Shown here: piece after piece, positions 10,707 to 23,443 of the stretch
Layout: every line of letters begins with the position of its first letter
How positions within the stretch are numbered: the stretch's first letter is position 1
DNA from: Escherichia coli
Lineage (GTDB): Bacteria > Pseudomonadota > Gammaproteobacteria > Enterobacterales > Enterobacteriaceae
DNA length: 64,000 nucleotides
Assembly (NCBI RefSeq): GCF_044324875.1
Contig: NZ_CP172185.1
Strand: one strand, 5' to 3'
Notes under the pieces: generated by a model
Database searches by the model: none
Told to the model about the DNA's origin: nothing
The model's input: the letters and a program-made list of their open reading frames with translations, nothing else
Position numbers and translations under genes: made by a program

Positions 10707-12170
10707 TTAAAGCAACACCACGGGCATCCACAGTAAGCCGGTAATCACCAGCAACACGAGGAATATCAGCCCAAAAATTGCCCCCAGTCGCCAGTAATCC
10801 ACCGTTGGCAGATAACCACTACCGTAGTAAATCGGACTGGGTCCGGTGGCGTATGGCGTAAGAATGCTCCCCAGACCAATTGCCGCGCCAACCATCAGGC
10901 AGAACACCGGCAGCGGGATTTCCGGCATCGCCAGCGCGGCGGCAATCATCATCGGCGCGAGAGCGGAGGTATACGCCGTGGCGCTGGCAAAGAAGTAGCG
11001 CAGCAGATAAAAGACCACAATCAACGCCACCATCACCATCGTCGGCGAATAACCGCTTAAGCTGCCTGCTAACAGTTTGCCAAACCAGCTAATAAAACCG
11101 GTGTTGTTGAGTCCGGTAGCGAGGGTGATAAGCGAGGCCAGCCAGAAGAAAACGTTCCACGCGGCTTTATTACTGACAATGTCGTCCCAACTGATAATGC
11201 GCAGAAGCAGCATCAGCGCCACCACGCTGTAACCGACCATCGCGGCATCGATATAATCACCGCCGAAAATCCACAGCACCAGCGCGCCTACCATCAGCCC
11301 CAGCATCCGTTTTTCACGCGAACAGAGCGGGCCCATTGCCTGCAGTTCCGTCTCTGCCCAGCGCGGCACTTGATCACCAGACTTCAGTACCGGCGGGTAC
11401 AGCACGTAAGCCAGCCAGGGAACCAGCAGAACCAGTAAAATGCTGAGCGGCAACATCCCGAGGAACCAGTCGCCCCAGCTCAGCGTGGCGTGAGATGCGC
11501 TTTTCATCAGGCCAATTAACAGCAAGTTAGGTGCCATCGCCGTCAGGAAAATGGCGCTGGTCACGCAGTCGGCAACAATCCCCATCCACATGATGTACGA
11601 GCCAATGCTGCGCGAACTGCTGTCGTTTGGTTGTGATTGATAGAGCGGTGGCAGGTTACGGATGATGGGATAGATAATCCCCGCACCACGCGCCGAGTTG
11701 GACGGTGTTACAGGCGCAAGTATCAGCTCGGAGAACATCACTGCATAGCCGAGAAACAGCGTACGATGCCCCATCTTTTTCACCAGAATCAGCGCGATGC
11801 GACGTCCAAGCCCGGTTTTTTCATAGCCCGTACCAAACATAAAGGCGGCGAAAATCAGCCAGATAACCGAATTAGAAAAACCAGAAACCGCCCAGGAGAG
11901 GGATTTGGCGGTGAACTTAAAACCTGGCTGGGCAAGCTGCTCCGGGCTAAACAGTAGCCACGGCGAGAGAATGGCGATAATGGAGATACCCACCATCGCC
12001 ACCACGGCACCCGGCACGGGTTCGAGGATCAGTCCAACGATCACGCCAGTAAAAACGGCAAAGTAGAGCCAGGTATGACTCTCCAGCCCTGCGGGAAGCG
12101 GAAGTAGAGCAATAATGGCGATGACCGCCAGCGGCGCAAGGTATCGCCACCATTCAGTGGAAGGTTTCAT
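10707..12170 (-). CDS. ttdT: L-tartrate/succinate antiporter (DASS family)
   Basis: 487-aa polytopic membrane ORF downstream of ttdAB on the same strand. Confidence 0.9.
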   Translation of the reverse strand: MKPSTEWWRYLAPLAVIAIIALLPLPAGLESHTWLYFAVFTGVIVGLILEPVPGAVVAMVGISIIAILSPWLLFSPEQLAQPGFKFTAKSLSWAVSGFSNSVIWLIFAAFMFGTGYEKTGLGRRIALILVKKMGHRTLFLGYAVMFSELILAPVTPSNSARGAGIIYPIIRNLPPLYQSQPNDSSSRSIGSYIMWMGIVADCVTSAIFLTAMAPNLLLIGLMKSASHATLSWGDWFLGMLPLSILLVLLVPWLAYVLYPPVLKSGDQVPRWAETELQAMGPLCSREKRMLGLMVGALVLWIFGGDYIDAAMVGYSVVALMLLLRIISWDDIVSNKAAWNVFFWLASLITLATGLNNTGFISWFGKLLAGSLSGYSPTMVMVALIVVFYLLRYFFASATAYTSALAPMMIAAALAMPEIPLPVFCLMVGAAIGLGSILTPYATGPSPIYYGSGYLPTVDYWRLGAIFGLIFLVLLVITGLLWMPVVLL

Positions 12171-12218
12171 CGTGTTATGCCTGCGAAAAAGGAGAGGGGG
12201 CGAGCCTCTCCATGAAGG

Positions 12219-12824
12219 TTATTTGATGTAGTGGACGTGCTCGCAGATCTCTTCCACGATGGGCTCGCGGCGTTCGGCGAACAGCTTTCTGTTTTCGGCT
12301 ATCAGGTTGTTGCCGTGGGTATCAATAGAGACAATCAGCGGGCCGAACTCTTTGACCCGGCAGACCCACAGCGACTCCGGCATCCCGAGCTCTGTCCAGT
12401 GCACTTCTTCAATCTCTTCCACCTGGGTTGCCGCCAGCACCGCGCAGCCAGCCGGGAAAATCACATGTAGCGCCTTGAATTTCTGGCAGCCTTCTTCGGT
12501 CAGCGGCCCCATTCCGCCTTTGCCGACCACCAGTTTCACGCCGGTCTGCTCGATAAATTCACGTTCAAAACTTTCCATACGCATACTGGTTGTCGGGCCG
12601 ACGGATACCATCTCCCATTTGTCGCCGTTTTTGCGCACGATGGGGCCAGCGTGGAAAATCGCTTTGCCGTTGAGATCGTAAGGGATCGGACGTTTGAGTT
12701 CGATCAAGCGACGGTGACAAACGTCACGGCAGGTCACCAGCGTACCGGTCAGGTAGATCACATCGCCGACGCGAATATCTTGCAGATCTTCAGCTTTGAT
12801 CGGGGTTGTCAGGATCTTTTTCAT
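12219..12824 (-). CDS. ttdB: L(+)-tartrate dehydratase beta subunit
   Basis: 201-aa ORF of the class I fumarate hydratase C-terminal-domain family; start overlaps the ttdA stop (ATGA at 12821-12824). Confidence 0.93.
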   Translation of the reverse strand: MKKILTTPIKAEDLQDIRVGDVIYLTGTLVTCRDVCHRRLIELKRPIPYDLNGKAIFHAGPIVRKNGDKWEMVSVGPTTSMRMESFEREFIEQTGVKLVVGKGGMGPLTEEGCQKFKALHVIFPAGCAVLAATQVEEIEEVHWTELGMPESLWVCRVKEFGPLIVSIDTHGNNLIAENRKLFAERREPIVEEICEHVHYIK

Positions 12825-13732
12825 AACGCGCTCCGGGTGTGAGACAGATTTTCAAAGGTGAGATCGGCATGAACCAGCAGCGTGCCGCGACGATGCGCCC
12901 AGCAGCCTGTAGAAACAGCAACGCCGATGGTTGACGGATGGCGGGCGGCAGATTCGATATGTACGCCCATCACTGAACTGTTGCCAGTCAGCCCTTGTGG
13001 ACCAATCCCCAGACGGTTGAGTCCTTCTTCCAGGCGTAGCTCCAGCTCTGCCGCTTTCGGATTGGGGTGGCGGCTGCCAATTGGGCGCAAAATGGCTTTA
13101 CGTGAGAGCACAGCGGCGGTTTCCACCGAGGTGGCGATGCCCACGCCTACCAGTACCGGTGGACAGGCGTTTACGGCGAGGGTGGAGATATTTTCGAAGA
13201 CGAATTTCACTACGCCTTCGTAGCCTTCCGACGGCATTAACACTTTCGAACGACCAGGTAGTGTGCAGCCGCCGCCTGCCATGTAAACTTCGATTTCCGC
13301 ATCGTCACCGTCGGGGATGATATCCCAAGTGACCCACGGTACGCCGCTGCCGGTATTTTTGCCGGTATTTACTTCGTCAAAAATTTCCACCGCGTTGTGG
13401 CGCAGTGGCGCTTTGACGGTTGCCTCTTCCACGGCTTGCTTAAGAATGCTTTGCAGCTCGCCAAGCAGTGGGAAGCGGGAACCGACTTTAACGAAGAACA
13501 TAATCTCCCCGGTGTCCTGACAGGCAGGACGATTCAGGTCAATCGCTTTTTGCATGTTGTCGAACATCGTATGGTAGATAATTTTCCCCATCGACGACGT
13601 TTCGGCATTCTTTAGCTGTTTTAGTTTATCCACCACGTCATCAGGCATTCGGGTAGAAATCATGGCGGTAAAGTTAGCGACAATCTCTGTCAACTTATTC
13701 ACTGCCTGTTGCTTATTACTTTCGCTCATCAT
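12821..13732 (-). CDS. ttdA: L(+)-tartrate dehydratase alpha subunit (Fe-S hydro-lyase)
   Basis: 303-aa ORF of the class I fumarate hydratase N-terminal-domain family with conserved Cys residues. Confidence 0.93.
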   Translation of the reverse strand: MMSESNKQQAVNKLTEIVANFTAMISTRMPDDVVDKLKQLKNAETSSMGKIIYHTMFDNMQKAIDLNRPACQDTGEIMFFVKVGSRFPLLGELQSILKQAVEEATVKAPLRHNAVEIFDEVNTGKNTGSGVPWVTWDIIPDGDDAEIEVYMAGGGCTLPGRSKVLMPSEGYEGVVKFVFENISTLAVNACPPVLVGVGIATSVETAAVLSRKAILRPIGSRHPNPKAAELELRLEEGLNRLGIGPQGLTGNSSVMGVHIESAARHPSTIGVAVSTGCWAHRRGTLLVHADLTFENLSHTRSAL

Positions 13733-13938
13733 GGCAACTCCAGTTTCTGTATTTGTCTGGAAAAATTAACCGTCACAAACTACCACTAAAAATGTGGTTT
13801 TATATTTTTTGCCACCGTGAATATGTAATTAACAGTTCGTGAATCAACGCGAAAATAAGAATGAATATTGCGCCAGAGCAGGGAATGGCAATGTTTTGCG
13901 AAATACACTGCGCTTATCACAACTGCGGATAATTAACG

Positions 13939-14871
13939 ATGCTGAATAGCTGGCCTTTAGCCAAAGACTTGCAGGTACTGGTAGAAATCGTCCACAGCGG
14001 GAGTTTTAGTGCTGCAGCGGCGACGCTTGGGCAAACGCCTGCATTTGTCACCAAGCGGATCCAAATCCTTGAAAATACGCTGGCAACAACGCTGCTGAAC
14101 CGCTCCGCCCGCGGCGTGGCGCTGACTGAAAGTGGCCAACGTTGTTACGAGCATGCGCTGGAAATCCTCACCCAATATCAGCGACTGGTCGATGACGTCA
14201 CGCAAATCAAAACGCGCCCGGAGGGGATGATTCGTATTGGCTGTAGTTTTGGTTTTGGGCGCAGCCATATTGCGCCAGCTATTACCGAACTGATGCGCAA
14301 TTATCCTGAGTTACAGGTGCATTTTGAATTGTTCGATCGGCAAATTGATTTAGTGCAGGATAATATTGATCTGGATATTCGGATTAATGACGAAATTCCT
14401 GATTATTATATTGCGCATCTTTTGACAAAAAATAAACGAATATTATGTGCAGCACCTGAGTATCTGCAAAAATATCCGCAGCCACAATCCTTGCAGGAAT
14501 TAAGTCGTCATGACTGTCTGGTGACCAAAGAGCGCGATATGACCCACGGAATATGGGAGTTGGGGAACGGTCAGGAGAAAAAATCGGTGAAGGTAAGCGG
14601 GCACCTTTCCTCCAATAGCGGTGAGATTGTGCTGCAATGGGCGCTGGAAGGAAAAGGAATTATGCTGCGTTCTGAGTGGGATGTTTTACCGTTTCTGGAG
14701 AGTGGCAAACTGGTGCGAGTATTGCCGGAGTATGCACAAAGCGCCAATATCTGGGCTGTTTACCGGGAGCCGCTCTATCGCAGCATGAAATTACGTGTCT
14801 GCGTGGAATTTCTGGCGGCATGGTGCCAGCAACGGCTGGGCAAGCCCGACGAAGGCTATCAGGTTATGTAG
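13939..14871 (+). CDS. ttdR: LysR-type transcriptional regulator of the ttd operon
   Basis: 310-aa ORF with N-terminal LysR HTH ([27 protein letters not shown]); divergent from ttdA. Confidence 0.9.
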   Translation: MLNSWPLAKDLQVLVEIVHSGSFSAAAATLGQTPAFVTKRIQILENTLATTLLNRSARGVALTESGQRCYEHALEILTQYQRLVDDVTQIKTRPEGMIRIGCSFGFGRSHIAPAITELMRNYPELQVHFELFDRQIDLVQDNIDLDIRINDEIPDYYIAHLLTKNKRILCAAPEYLQKYPQPQSLQELSRHDCLVTKERDMTHGIWELGNGQEKKSVKVSGHLSSNSGEIVLQWALEGKGIMLRSEWDVLPFLESGKLVRVLPEYAQSANIWAVYREPLYRSMKLRVCVEFLAAWCQQRLGKPDEGYQVM

Positions 14872-14883
14872 ACTCGCGAAAAA

Positions 14884-15501
14884 TCACTCAGGATCCTTTT
14901 CGCGCTTTCTTTTGAATTTCGTCCAGATTTTTGTCTCTTGACGACGCCACAGACGCTGGATGTTGTCATGATGACGCAGCAGGATCAGGCATGAGAGCAT
15001 CGAAACCGGGAAGGTGAATTGTGGCTTAAACCACCAGACGTAAAATGGAGCAATCAGTGCGCTGACAATCGCTCCCAGCGACGAGTATCCGCTCAATAGC
15101 ACGGTCAGTAACCAGGTTCCCGCCATTACTCCGGTGAGATCCCAGCCAATTGGTGCGATGGCACCAAAAGCGGTAGCAACGCCTTTTCCTCCTTTAAAAC
15201 CGAAGAAAACGGGCCAGATGTGTCCAAGACAGGCGGCGATGGCAATTAAGCCTAGCCAGAAGGGGCTGACACCTAATTCATACGCGCCCCAGACAGGCAA
15301 CATTCCTTTCAGAACGTCGAAAATCAGTACTGCTACGGCTGCTCCCTTGCCACCGATACGTAACACATTGGTTGCGCCTGGATTGCCGGAGCCGCTGGTT
15401 CGCGGATCGGGCAGCCCACACAAGCGGCAAACCAGAATGGCACTGGAAATGGAGCCGCAGAGGTACGCGATGAGGATCATTCCAGGCGCGATTGCACTCA
15501 T
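14884..15501 (-). CDS. plsY: Glycerol-3-phosphate acyltransferase PlsY (acyl-phosphate dependent)
   Basis: 205-aa membrane ORF with the SGNPGATN motif. Confidence 0.93.
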
Positions 15502-15605
15502 AAGCTGTTCCGTTTTGAAAATTCGTGTTCAACGATGAATCTGTGGATAATACGCACATTTCGCCGGAAGTGGTATCCGGTTAGCCAAAAAGCAGGCAGG
15601 ACGTG

Positions 15606-15974
15606 ATGGATATTGTATTTATAGAGCAACTTTCGGTAATCACCACTATTGGTGTTTACGACTGGGAACAGACCATTGAACAGAAGTTAGTGTTCGATAT
15701 CGAAATGGCGTGGGATAACCGTAAAGCGGCGAAAAGTGATGATGTGGCGGATTGCCTCAGTTACGCTGACATTGCAGAAACGGTAGTCAGCCACGTCGAG
15801 GGGGCGCGTTTTGCGCTGGTGGAACGTGTGGCGGAAGAGGTGGCGGAGCTGCTGTTAGCACGCTTCAACTCGCCGTGGGTGCGTATCAAACTCAGCAAGC
15901 CAGGCGCAGTGGCGCGGGCGGCGAATGTTGGCGTCATCATTGAGCGTGGCAATAATCTGAAAGAAAATAATTAA
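15606..15974 (+). CDS. folB: Dihydroneopterin aldolase
   Basis: 122-aa protein from the ATG at 15606 (the track ORF begins at GTG 15603); MDIVFIEQLSVITTIGVYDWEQ... Confidence 0.9.
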   Translation: MDIVFIEQLSVITTIGVYDWEQTIEQKLVFDIEMAWDNRKAAKSDDVADCLSYADIAETVVSHVEGARFALVERVAEEVAELLLARFNSPWVRIKLSKPGAVARAANVGVIIERGNNLKENN

Positions 15975-16064
15975 TTTTACAGCTGTTAAACCAAACGGTT
16001 ATAACCTGGTCATACAGCAGTAGTTCGGACAAGCGTTACATTTTTATAATTTAGGGGTTTATTG

Positions 16065-16886
16065 ATGAGCGATATGCACTCGCTGCTGATAGCGGCAATA
16101 TTGGGTGTGGTCGAAGGATTGACAGAATTTCTGCCGGTATCCAGCACGGGCCATATGATTATTGTCGGTCACTTGTTGGGATTTGAGGGCGACACGGCGA
16201 AAACCTTTGAAGTGGTGATCCAGTTAGGATCAATTCTGGCGGTAGTAGTGATGTTCTGGCGGCGTCTGTTTGGCCTGATTGGCATCCACTTTGGCCGCCC
16301 GTTGCAGCACGAAGGAGAAAGCAAAGGCCGTTTAACGCTGATCCACATTTTGCTGGGGATGATTCCGGCGGTGGTACTGGGGCTGTTGTTCCACGACACG
16401 ATTAAGTCGTTGTTTAATCCAATAAATGTGATGTATGCGCTGGTCGTTGGCGGTCTGTTGCTGATTGCCGCTGAATGCCTGAAACCAAAAGAACCGCGTG
16501 CGCCGGGTCTCGATGATATGACCTATCGTCAGGCGTTTATGATTGGCTGCTTCCAGTGTCTGGCGCTGTGGCCGGGTTTCTCTCGCTCCGGGGCGACCAT
16601 TTCAGGTGGGATGCTGATGGGGGTGAGCCGTTACGCTGCTTCCGAGTTTTCGTTCCTGCTGGCGGTGCCGATGATGATGGGCGCAACGGCGCTCGATCTC
16701 TACAAAAGCTGGGGCTTCCTGACAACCGGCGATATCCCGATGTTTGCCGTTGGGTTTATCACCGCTTTTGTGGTGGCGCTGATAGCGATTAAAACCTTCC
16801 TGCAATTGATTAAGCGCATTTCGTTTATACCGTTCGCCATTTATCGCTTTATTGTGGCGGCTGCGGTGTATGTCGTGTTCTTTTGA
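16065..16886 (+). CDS. uppP: Undecaprenyl-diphosphatase (BacA/UppP)
   Basis: 273-aa membrane ORF from the ATG at 16065 (track ORF starts 3 nt upstream at TTG). Confidence 0.92.
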
Positions 16887-16904
16887 GGTAAAGAACAGTG
16901 TCGG

Positions 16905-17060
16905 ATGCGTGGAATTGTCAACGATTGCGTAGGCCGGATAAGGCGTTCACGCCGCATCCGGCAATCAACGCCTGATGCGACGCTCGCGCGTCTTATCAGG
17001 CCTACAACTGTCGTTGACATGTAGCCGGATAAGGCGTTTACGCCGCATCCGGCAAAATAT
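16905..17060. repeat. BIME: cluster of three REP palindromes between uppP and cca
   Basis: GCCGGATAAGGCGTTCACGCCGCATCCGGC (16934-16963), GCCTGATGCGACGCTCGCGCGTCTTATCAGGCCTAC (16971-17006) and a second GCCGGATAAGGCGTTTACGCCGCATCCGGC (17025-17054). Confidence 0.75.
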
Positions 17061-17067
17061 CCAACAC

Positions 17068-18306
17068 TCACTCAGGTTTTGGGCAACGCTGTTCCTTCCA
17101 GCTGGCTACCGCCGCAATCCGCCGTCGGGTCAGCTCCTCGCGAATCTCCACACCTTTAAATCCCGCTTCAACGACGGCTTTTGTCGGCACTGACTGTGCC
17201 ACTTCCCAGGCTTCGCGCAACCAGCGGCCTTGCGGGTAGTCCGCTGATTCAAAACCGGTTCTGCCGCGCACATCAGCCTCACTGGTCAGCGCCAGTTGCT
17301 CGACACGCTGCGGTTTACGCCAGGCGTCAATGGAATCAAACAATTTGACGATGGTTTTTGGGTTCAGCATTGGGAAGGTGTGGATGAGATCGTGAAACTC
17401 AGCCACCAGTCTGGCTAAATCGCGAATTTCATTTGGCACGCGCAGACGCTGACAGAGTTGTTCCACTAACTTAACACCCGCCGGGCCATGACCATGATGA
17501 CGCGGCCAAAGTTCTGGTGGCGTCAGTCCTTTACCGAGATCGTGGCATAACGTCGCAAAACGGACATCGACCTGCGGACTTAGCATCGCCGCCATGGAGA
17601 GCGTCATTAAGGTATGAATACCGGTGTCGATTTCCGGATGCCACCTGGCAGGGGCCGGAACGCCAAACAGGGCGTCAATTTCCGGGAATAAAACGCGCAG
17701 TGCGCCGCAATCGCGCAGTACCTGGAAGAACACCTGGGGATTGCGGGTAGTGAGGGCGCTTTCCGTCTCTTTCCACACCCGTTCAGGCGTCAGGTGTTCC
17801 AGTTCACCCGCGTGGGTCATCTCGCGCATCAGCGCCAGAGTTTCATCGGCAATACGAAAACCGAGGTGGGCATAACGCGCAGCAAAACGCGCCACGCGCA
17901 GTACGCGTAACGGATCTTCGCCAAAAGCGGGGGATACATGGCGCAACAGACGATTTTGCAGATCGCCCAGACCGTTGTACGGGTCGATAATCTCGCCGTT
18001 ATCGTCCTGGGCCAGCGCATTAATGGTCAGATCACGACGCTGAAGATCATCTTCCAGCGTGACATCCGGTGCGGCATAGCAGGTAAAACCGGTGTAACCG
18101 GAACCGGATTTCCGTTCGGTACGTGCCAGCGCATACTCTTCATGCGTTTGCGGATGCAGAAAAACAGGAAAATCGCGGCCTACCTGCTGGTAGCCCGCGT
18201 CGAGCATCTCCTGTGGCGTACTGCCGACCACCACCCAATCTCTGTCTTTGACCGGTAGCCCTAACAATGCATCCCGAACAGCACCACCGACCAGATAAAT
18301 CTTCAC
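17068..18306 (-). CDS. cca: CCA-adding tRNA nucleotidyltransferase with HD phosphohydrolase domain
   Basis: 412-aa ORF with the GGAVRD head motif and an HD domain. Confidence 0.95.
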   Translation of the reverse strand: MKIYLVGGAVRDALLGLPVKDRDWVVVGSTPQEMLDAGYQQVGRDFPVFLHPQTHEEYALARTERKSGSGYTGFTCYAAPDVTLEDDLQRRDLTINALAQDDNGEIIDPYNGLGDLQNRLLRHVSPAFGEDPLRVLRVARFAARYAHLGFRIADETLALMREMTHAGELEHLTPERVWKETESALTTRNPQVFFQVLRDCGALRVLFPEIDALFGVPAPARWHPEIDTGIHTLMTLSMAAMLSPQVDVRFATLCHDLGKGLTPPELWPRHHGHGPAGVKLVEQLCQRLRVPNEIRDLARLVAEFHDLIHTFPMLNPKTIVKLFDSIDAWRKPQRVEQLALTSEADVRGRTGFESADYPQGRWLREAWEVAQSVPTKAVVEAGFKGVEIREELTRRRIAAVASWKEQRCPKPE

Positions 18307-18369
18307 GCCATCATCCCTTCGTCAAATACACAATTCCTAATAATAAGACAGTGCAACGAAGAAGGCGAT

Positions 18370-18990
18370 TTAGTTCATCCAGCGATCTTTGCGTTTGCGG
18401 CTTGGGATCAGGTGCGGCAGTACCAGACCGAGCAGCAAGCCAAGCCCCAGCACGCCACCGCCATACATAAACCATTGCATGATGATGGTGCGCTGTTTGT
18501 CATCCAGCTGTACGCTGGCGGCATCGACCTTTTTCTGTGCGACAATCAGCTCGTTTTTCAGTTTCTGATTTTCTTCTTTTAACCCGTTGATCACGCTGTC
18601 GCTCTGCGCCACTTTTTGCTGCATTTCTGCGGTGCGCTGATTCCAGGTGTTATCGATATTGGTGAGTTTATCGGTCAGGGTTTTGACCTGATTTTCCAGA
18701 TCTGGCACACGGGAGCGCAGGCTTGGCTCTGTGCTAAGTTGTTTCAACGGGATCCAGGCGGTACGGCCAGAGCTGTCTTTCACCTGGGCATAATTGGTGT
18801 TGGCGTCAGTTTGTAATAAGGTCACTTCCTCGCCGGCGTTAACCGTGCCCACGAGGCGATAATGGTCTCCCGGACCGCTACGGACCCAGGTATTCAGTTC
18901 GTCGGAAACATAGCGCGTTTCTTCAGCGTGTGAGACGGCAGTGGCGCTAAGTGCGAGTAAAGTTAATCCGATCAGGCGTAATTTTGGCAT
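18370..18990 (-). CDS. ygiM: SH3-domain protein with signal peptide and C-terminal membrane anchor
   Basis: 206-aa ORF: N-terminal signal peptide, SH3b-like region, coiled coil, C-terminal hydrophobic helix. Confidence 0.85.
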   Translation of the reverse strand: MPKLRLIGLTLLALSATAVSHAEETRYVSDELNTWVRSGPGDHYRLVGTVNAGEEVTLLQTDANTNYAQVKDSSGRTAWIPLKQLSTEPSLRSRVPDLENQVKTLTDKLTNIDNTWNQRTAEMQQKVAQSDSVINGLKEENQKLKNELIVAQKKVDAASVQLDDKQRTIIMQWFMYGGGVLGLGLLLGLVLPHLIPSRKRKDRWMN

Positions 18991-19231
18991 CAGGCTGTCG
19001 TTATTGTCATGGAAAGTGGAACGATAGTAGTGGCATCAGTGTCGCTACGCAAAGCATTCGACATCAATCGGAATCCTCTGTGTCAGGTCTTGCCACTGCT
19101 TCAAACTTTTACGCCCGTCAAATTGCCCGTTGCATGGCAATTTGGCGCAAAATACTATCTACTGACAAAAAAGATCGCATTAAGTTCGCCGTTCATCGTC
19201 ACTTATGTGACATAACCGATAAGTAAAGGCC

Positions 19232-20533
19232 ATGGCTCAGGAAATCGAATTAAAGTTTATTGTTAATCACAGTGCCGTTGAGGCGTTGCGTGACCATCTC
19301 AATACGCTGGGCGGCGAGCACCATGACCCCGTGCAGTTGTTGAATATTTACTACGAAACGCCGGATAACTGGCTGCGTGGGCACGACATGGGCTTGCGTA
19401 TTCGTGGCGAAAACGGTCGCTATGAGATGACCATGAAAGTTGCAGGAAGAGTGACAGGCGGCTTACACCAGCGCCCGGAATATAACGTGGCGTTGAGCGA
19501 ACCGACGCTCGACCTGGCGCAGTTACCGACGGAAGTCTGGCCGAACGGCGAATTGCCTGCCGATCTCGCTTCCCGCGTACAACCGCTGTTCAGCACCGAT
19601 TTTTATCGCGAAAAGTGGCTGGTAGAGGTTGATGGTAGCCAAATTGAAATCGCCCTCGACCAGGGGGAAGTGAAAGCAGGTGAATTTGCTGAACCTATCT
19701 GCGAGCTGGAACTGGAACTGCTTAGCGGCGACACGCGCGCGGTGCTGAAACTGGCGAACCAACTGGTATCGCAAACCGGATTACGCCAGGGCAGCCTGAG
19801 CAAAGCGGCGCGTGGCTATCATCTGGCGCAGGGCAATCCGGCGCGTGAAATCAAACCGACCACCATTTTGCATGTTGCGGCAAAAGCCGATGTGGAACAG
19901 GGGCTGGAAGCGGCGTTCGAGCTGGCGTTAGCGCAATGGCAGTATCATGAAGAACTGTGGGTACGCGGCAACGATGCGGCGAAAGAACAGGTGCTGGCAG
20001 CCATTAGCCTGGTCCGTCATACGCTGATGCTGTTCGGTGGTATTGTGCCGCGTAAAGCGAGCACTCACTTACGTGATTTGCTGACCCAATGCGAAGCGAC
20101 CATTGCTTCTGCGGTTTCTGCCGTGACGGCGGTCTACTCTACCGAAACGGCAATGGCGAAGCTGGCGTTGACCGAATGGTTGGTAAGCAAAGCATGGCAG
20201 CCATTTTTAGATGCCAAAGCGCAGGGCAAAATCAGCGATTCCTTCAAACGCTTTGCCGATATCCATCTTTCCCGCCATGCCGCGGAACTGAAAAGCGTTT
20301 TCTGCCAGCCGTTAGGCGATCGCTACCATGACCAGTTGCCACGCCTGACGCGTGATATTGATTCGATATTGTTGCTGGCGGGTTACTACGATCCTGTCGT
20401 GGCGCAAGCCTGGCTGGAGAACTGGCAGGGGCTGCGTCACGCTATTACGACTGGGCAACGCATTGAAATTGAACATTTCCGTAATGAGGCAAACAATCAG
20501 GAACCGTTCTGGTTGCACAGCGGAAAACGTTAA
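19232..20533 (+). CDS. ygiF: Inorganic triphosphatase (CYTH domain fused to CHAD domain)
   Basis: 433-aa ORF; N-terminal EIELKF CYTH signature. Confidence 0.9.
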   Translation: MAQEIELKFIVNHSAVEALRDHLNTLGGEHHDPVQLLNIYYETPDNWLRGHDMGLRIRGENGRYEMTMKVAGRVTGGLHQRPEYNVALSEPTLDLAQLPTEVWPNGELPADLASRVQPLFSTDFYREKWLVEVDGSQIEIALDQGEVKAGEFAEPICELELELLSGDTRAVLKLANQLVSQTGLRQGSLSKAARGYHLAQGNPAREIKPTTILHVAAKADVEQGLEAAFELALAQWQYHEELWVRGNDAAKEQVLAAISLVRHTLMLFGGIVPRKASTHLRDLLTQCEATIASAVSAVTAVYSTETAMAKLALTEWLVSKAWQPFLDAKAQGKISDSFKRFADIHLSRHAAELKSVFCQPLGDRYHDQLPRLTRDIDSILLLAGYYDPVVAQAWLENWQGLRHAITTGQRIEIEHFRNEANNQEPFWLHSGKR

Positions 20534-20555
20534 TCAGGCAAGGATAAAATCGCTT

Positions 20556-23396
20556 ATGAAGCCGCTCTCTTCACCGTTACAGCAGTACTGGCAGACCGTT
20601 GTTGAGCGGCTGCCAGAGCCTTTAGCCGAGGAATCACTTAGCGCACAGGCGAAGTCAGTACTTACTTTCAGTGATTTTGTGCAGGACAGCGTGATTGCGC
20701 ATCCAGAGTGGCTGACGGAACTGGAAAGCCAACCGCCGCAGGCCGACGAATGGCAGCATTACTCTGCATGGTGGCAGGAGGCGCTCAGTAATGTGAGTGA
20801 CGAAGCCGGGTTAATGCGCGAGCTGCGGCTATTCCGGCGGCGCATTATGGTGCGCATCGCCTGGGCGCAAACGCTGGCATTGGTTACTGAAGAGAGCATT
20901 TTGCAGCAGCTCAGCCATCTGGCGGAGACGCTGATTGTTGCGGCGCGTGACTGGCTGTATGACGCCTGCTGCCGCGAATGGGGAACGCCGTGCAATGCGC
21001 AGGGCGAAGCGCAACCGCTGCTGATTTTAGGCATGGGTAAGCTGGGCGGAGGGGAACTGAATTTCTCCTCAGATATCGATCTGATTTTTGCCTGGCCGGA
21101 ACATGGTTGTACGCAGGGTGGACGCCGGGAACTGGATAACGCCCAGTTTTTTACCCGCATGGGGCAGCGGCTGATTAAAGTGCTGGATCAACCAACGCAG
21201 GATGGCTTCGTCTATCGCGTGGATATGCGACTGCGTCCGTTTGGCGAAAGTGGCCCGCTGGTGCTGAGCTTTGCGGCACTGGAAGATTATTACCAGGAGC
21301 AGGGGCGCGACTGGGAGCGTTACGCGATGGTCAAGGCGCGGATTATGGGCGATAGCGAAGGCGTCTATGCTAACGAGTTGCGTGCGATGCTGCGCCCGTT
21401 TGTTTTCCGTCGTTACATCGATTTCAGCGTGATTCAGTCGCTGCGCAACATGAAAGGGATGATTGCCCGTGAAGTGCGTCGGCGCGGTTTGACCGACAAT
21501 ATCAAACTTGGCGCGGGTGGCATTCGTGAAATTGAATTTATTGTCCAGGTATTCCAGCTCATTCGCGGCGGGCGCGAACCATCGCTGCAATCGCGCTCTT
21601 TACTGCCAACGCTCAGCGCCATTGCCGCGCTGCATCTGCTTTCTGAAAACGATGCTGAACAATTGCGAGTGGCGTATCTGTTCCTGCGGCGTCTGGAAAA
21701 CCTGCTGCAAAGTATTAACGACGAACAAACCCAGACGCTTCCTTCTGATGAGCTTAACTGTGCGCGGTTGGCGTGGGCGATGGACTTTGCTGACTGGCAG
21801 CAACTGACTGGGGCGCTGACCGGACATATGACCAATGTGCGCCGGGTGTTTAATGAATTGATTGGCGACGACGAAAGTGAAACTCAGGAAGAGTCGCTGT
21901 CGGAACAGTGGCGTGAGCTGTGGCAGGACGCGTTGCAGGAAGATGACACTACACCAGTGCTGGCGCATCTTAGCGAGGACGATCGCAAACAGGTGCTGAC
22001 GCTGATTGCCGATTTTCGCAAAGAGCTGGATAAGCGTACCATCGGGCCGCGCGGGCGTCAGGTGCTCGACCATCTGATGCCGCATCTGCTAAGTGATGTC
22101 TGTGCGCGTGAAGACGCTGCTGTCACGCTGTCGCGCATTACCGCCTTGCTGGTGGGGATTGTTACTCGCACCACTTATCTTGAGCTGCTTAGTGAATTCC
22201 CTGCGGCGCTTAAACATTTGATTTCTCTGTGTGCTGCATCGCCGATGATTGCCAGCCAGCTAGCGCGTTATCCATTATTGCTGGACGAACTGCTCGATCC
22301 AAATACCCTTTACCAACCAACGGCGACGGATGCCTACCGTGATGAACTGCGCCAGTATTTGCTGCGTGTGCCGGAAGATGACGAAGAACAACAGCTTGAG
22401 GCGCTGCGTCAGTTCAAACAGGCGCAACTGTTACGTATTGCGGCAGCGGATATCGCCGGTACGCTACCGGTAATGAAAGTGAGCGATCACTTAACCTGGC
22501 TGGCGGAGGCTATGATAGATGCCGTCGTTCAGCAGGCGTGGGTTCAAATGGTTGTCCGCTACGGTAAGCCAAATCACCTGAACGAACGCGAAGGGCGTGG
22601 TTTTGCGGTGGTCGGCTACGGCAAGCTGGGCGGCTGGGAGTTAGGCTACAGTTCCGATCTTGACCTGATCTTCCTCCATGATTGCCCAATGGATGCGATG
22701 ACTGACGGCGAGCGGGAAATCGACGGGCGACAGTTTTATCTGCGTCTGGCGCAACGCATTATGCATCTGTTCAGTACGCGAACCTCTTCCGGCATTTTGT
22801 ATGAAGTGGATGCTAGACTGCGTCCGTCCGGGGCGGCGGGAATGCTGGTTACCTCCGCAGAAGCGTTTGCCGATTATCAGAAAAACGAGGCCTGGACGTG
22901 GGAACATCAGGCGCTGGTGCGTGCGCGTGTAGTGTACGGCGATCCGCAGCTCACCGCGCACTTTGACGCAGTACGCCGGGAGATTATGACGCTGCCGCGC
23001 GAAGGCAAAACCCTGCAAACAGAAGTGCGGGAAATGCGCGAGAAAATGCGTGCCCATCTCGGCAATAAACATCGCGATCGCTTTGATATCAAAGCCGATG
23101 AAGGCGGAATTACCGATATCGAATTTATTACTCAATATCTGGTGTTGCGCTACGCTCATGAAAAACCGAAGTTAACGCGCTGGTCAGACAACGTGCGCAT
23201 TCTGGAACTACTGGCGCAAAACGACATTATGGAAGAGCAGGAAGCGATGGCGCTGACCCGTGCTTACACGACGCTGCGCGATGAACTTCATCATCTGGCA
23301 TTACAGGAATTGCCGGGCCATGTGTCGGAGGATTGCTTCACCGCAGAGCGTGAACTGGTGCGGGCAAGCTGGCAGAAGTGGCTGGTGGAAGAATGA
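20556..23396 (+). CDS. glnE: Glutamine synthetase adenylyltransferase / deadenylylase
   Basis: 946-aa protein from the ATG at 20556 ([12 protein letters not shown]...); two nucleotidyltransferase domains. The track ORF from 20352 is an upstream extension that overlaps ygiF. Confidence 0.95.
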   Translation: MKPLSSPLQQYWQTVVERLPEPLAEESLSAQAKSVLTFSDFVQDSVIAHPEWLTELESQPPQADEWQHYSAWWQEALSNVSDEAGLMRELRLFRRRIMVRIAWAQTLALVTEESILQQLSHLAETLIVAARDWLYDACCREWGTPCNAQGEAQPLLILGMGKLGGGELNFSSDIDLIFAWPEHGCTQGGRRELDNAQFFTRMGQRLIKVLDQPTQDGFVYRVDMRLRPFGESGPLVLSFAALEDYYQEQGRDWERYAMVKARIMGDSEGVYANELRAMLRPFVFRRYIDFSVIQSLRNMKGMIAREVRRRGLTDNIKLGAGGIREIEFIVQVFQLIRGGREPSLQSRSLLPTLSAIAALHLLSENDAEQLRVAYLFLRRLENLLQSINDEQTQTLPSDELNCARLAWAMDFADWQQLTGALTGHMTNVRRVFNELIGDDESETQEESLSEQWRELWQDALQEDDTTPVLAHLSEDDRKQVLTLIADFRKELDKRTIGPRGRQVLDHLMPHLLSDVCAREDAAVTLSRITALLVGIVTRTTYLELLSEFPAALKHLISLCAASPMIASQLARYPLLLDELLDPNTLYQPTATDAYRDELRQYLLRVPEDDEEQQLEALRQFKQAQLLRIAAADIAGTLPVMKVSDHLTWLAEAMIDAVVQQAWVQMVVRYGKPNHLNEREGRGFAVVGYGKLGGWELGYSSDLDLIFLHDCPMDAMTDGEREIDGRQFYLRLAQRIMHLFSTRTSSGILYEVDARLRPSGAAGMLVTSAEAFADYQKNEAWTWEHQALVRARVVYGDPQLTAHFDAVRREIMTLPREGKTLQTEVREMREKMRAHLGNKHRDRFDIKADEGGITDIEFITQYLVLRYAHEKPKLTRWSDNVRILELLAQNDIMEEQEAMALTRAYTTLRDELHHLALQELPGHVSEDCFTAERELVRASWQKWLVEE

Positions 23397-23443
23397 AGTA
23401 TGGTATTATCGCGCGCAAATTTTGAATCTCTCAGGAGACAGGA

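Noticed and set aside
20352-23396. 1014-aa form of the glnE ORF starting at 20352
   Set aside because: The first 68 codons overlap the 3' end of ygiF and have no SD; the ATG at 20556 gives the expected 946-aa protein starting [12 protein letters not shown] and sits just after the ygiF stop.
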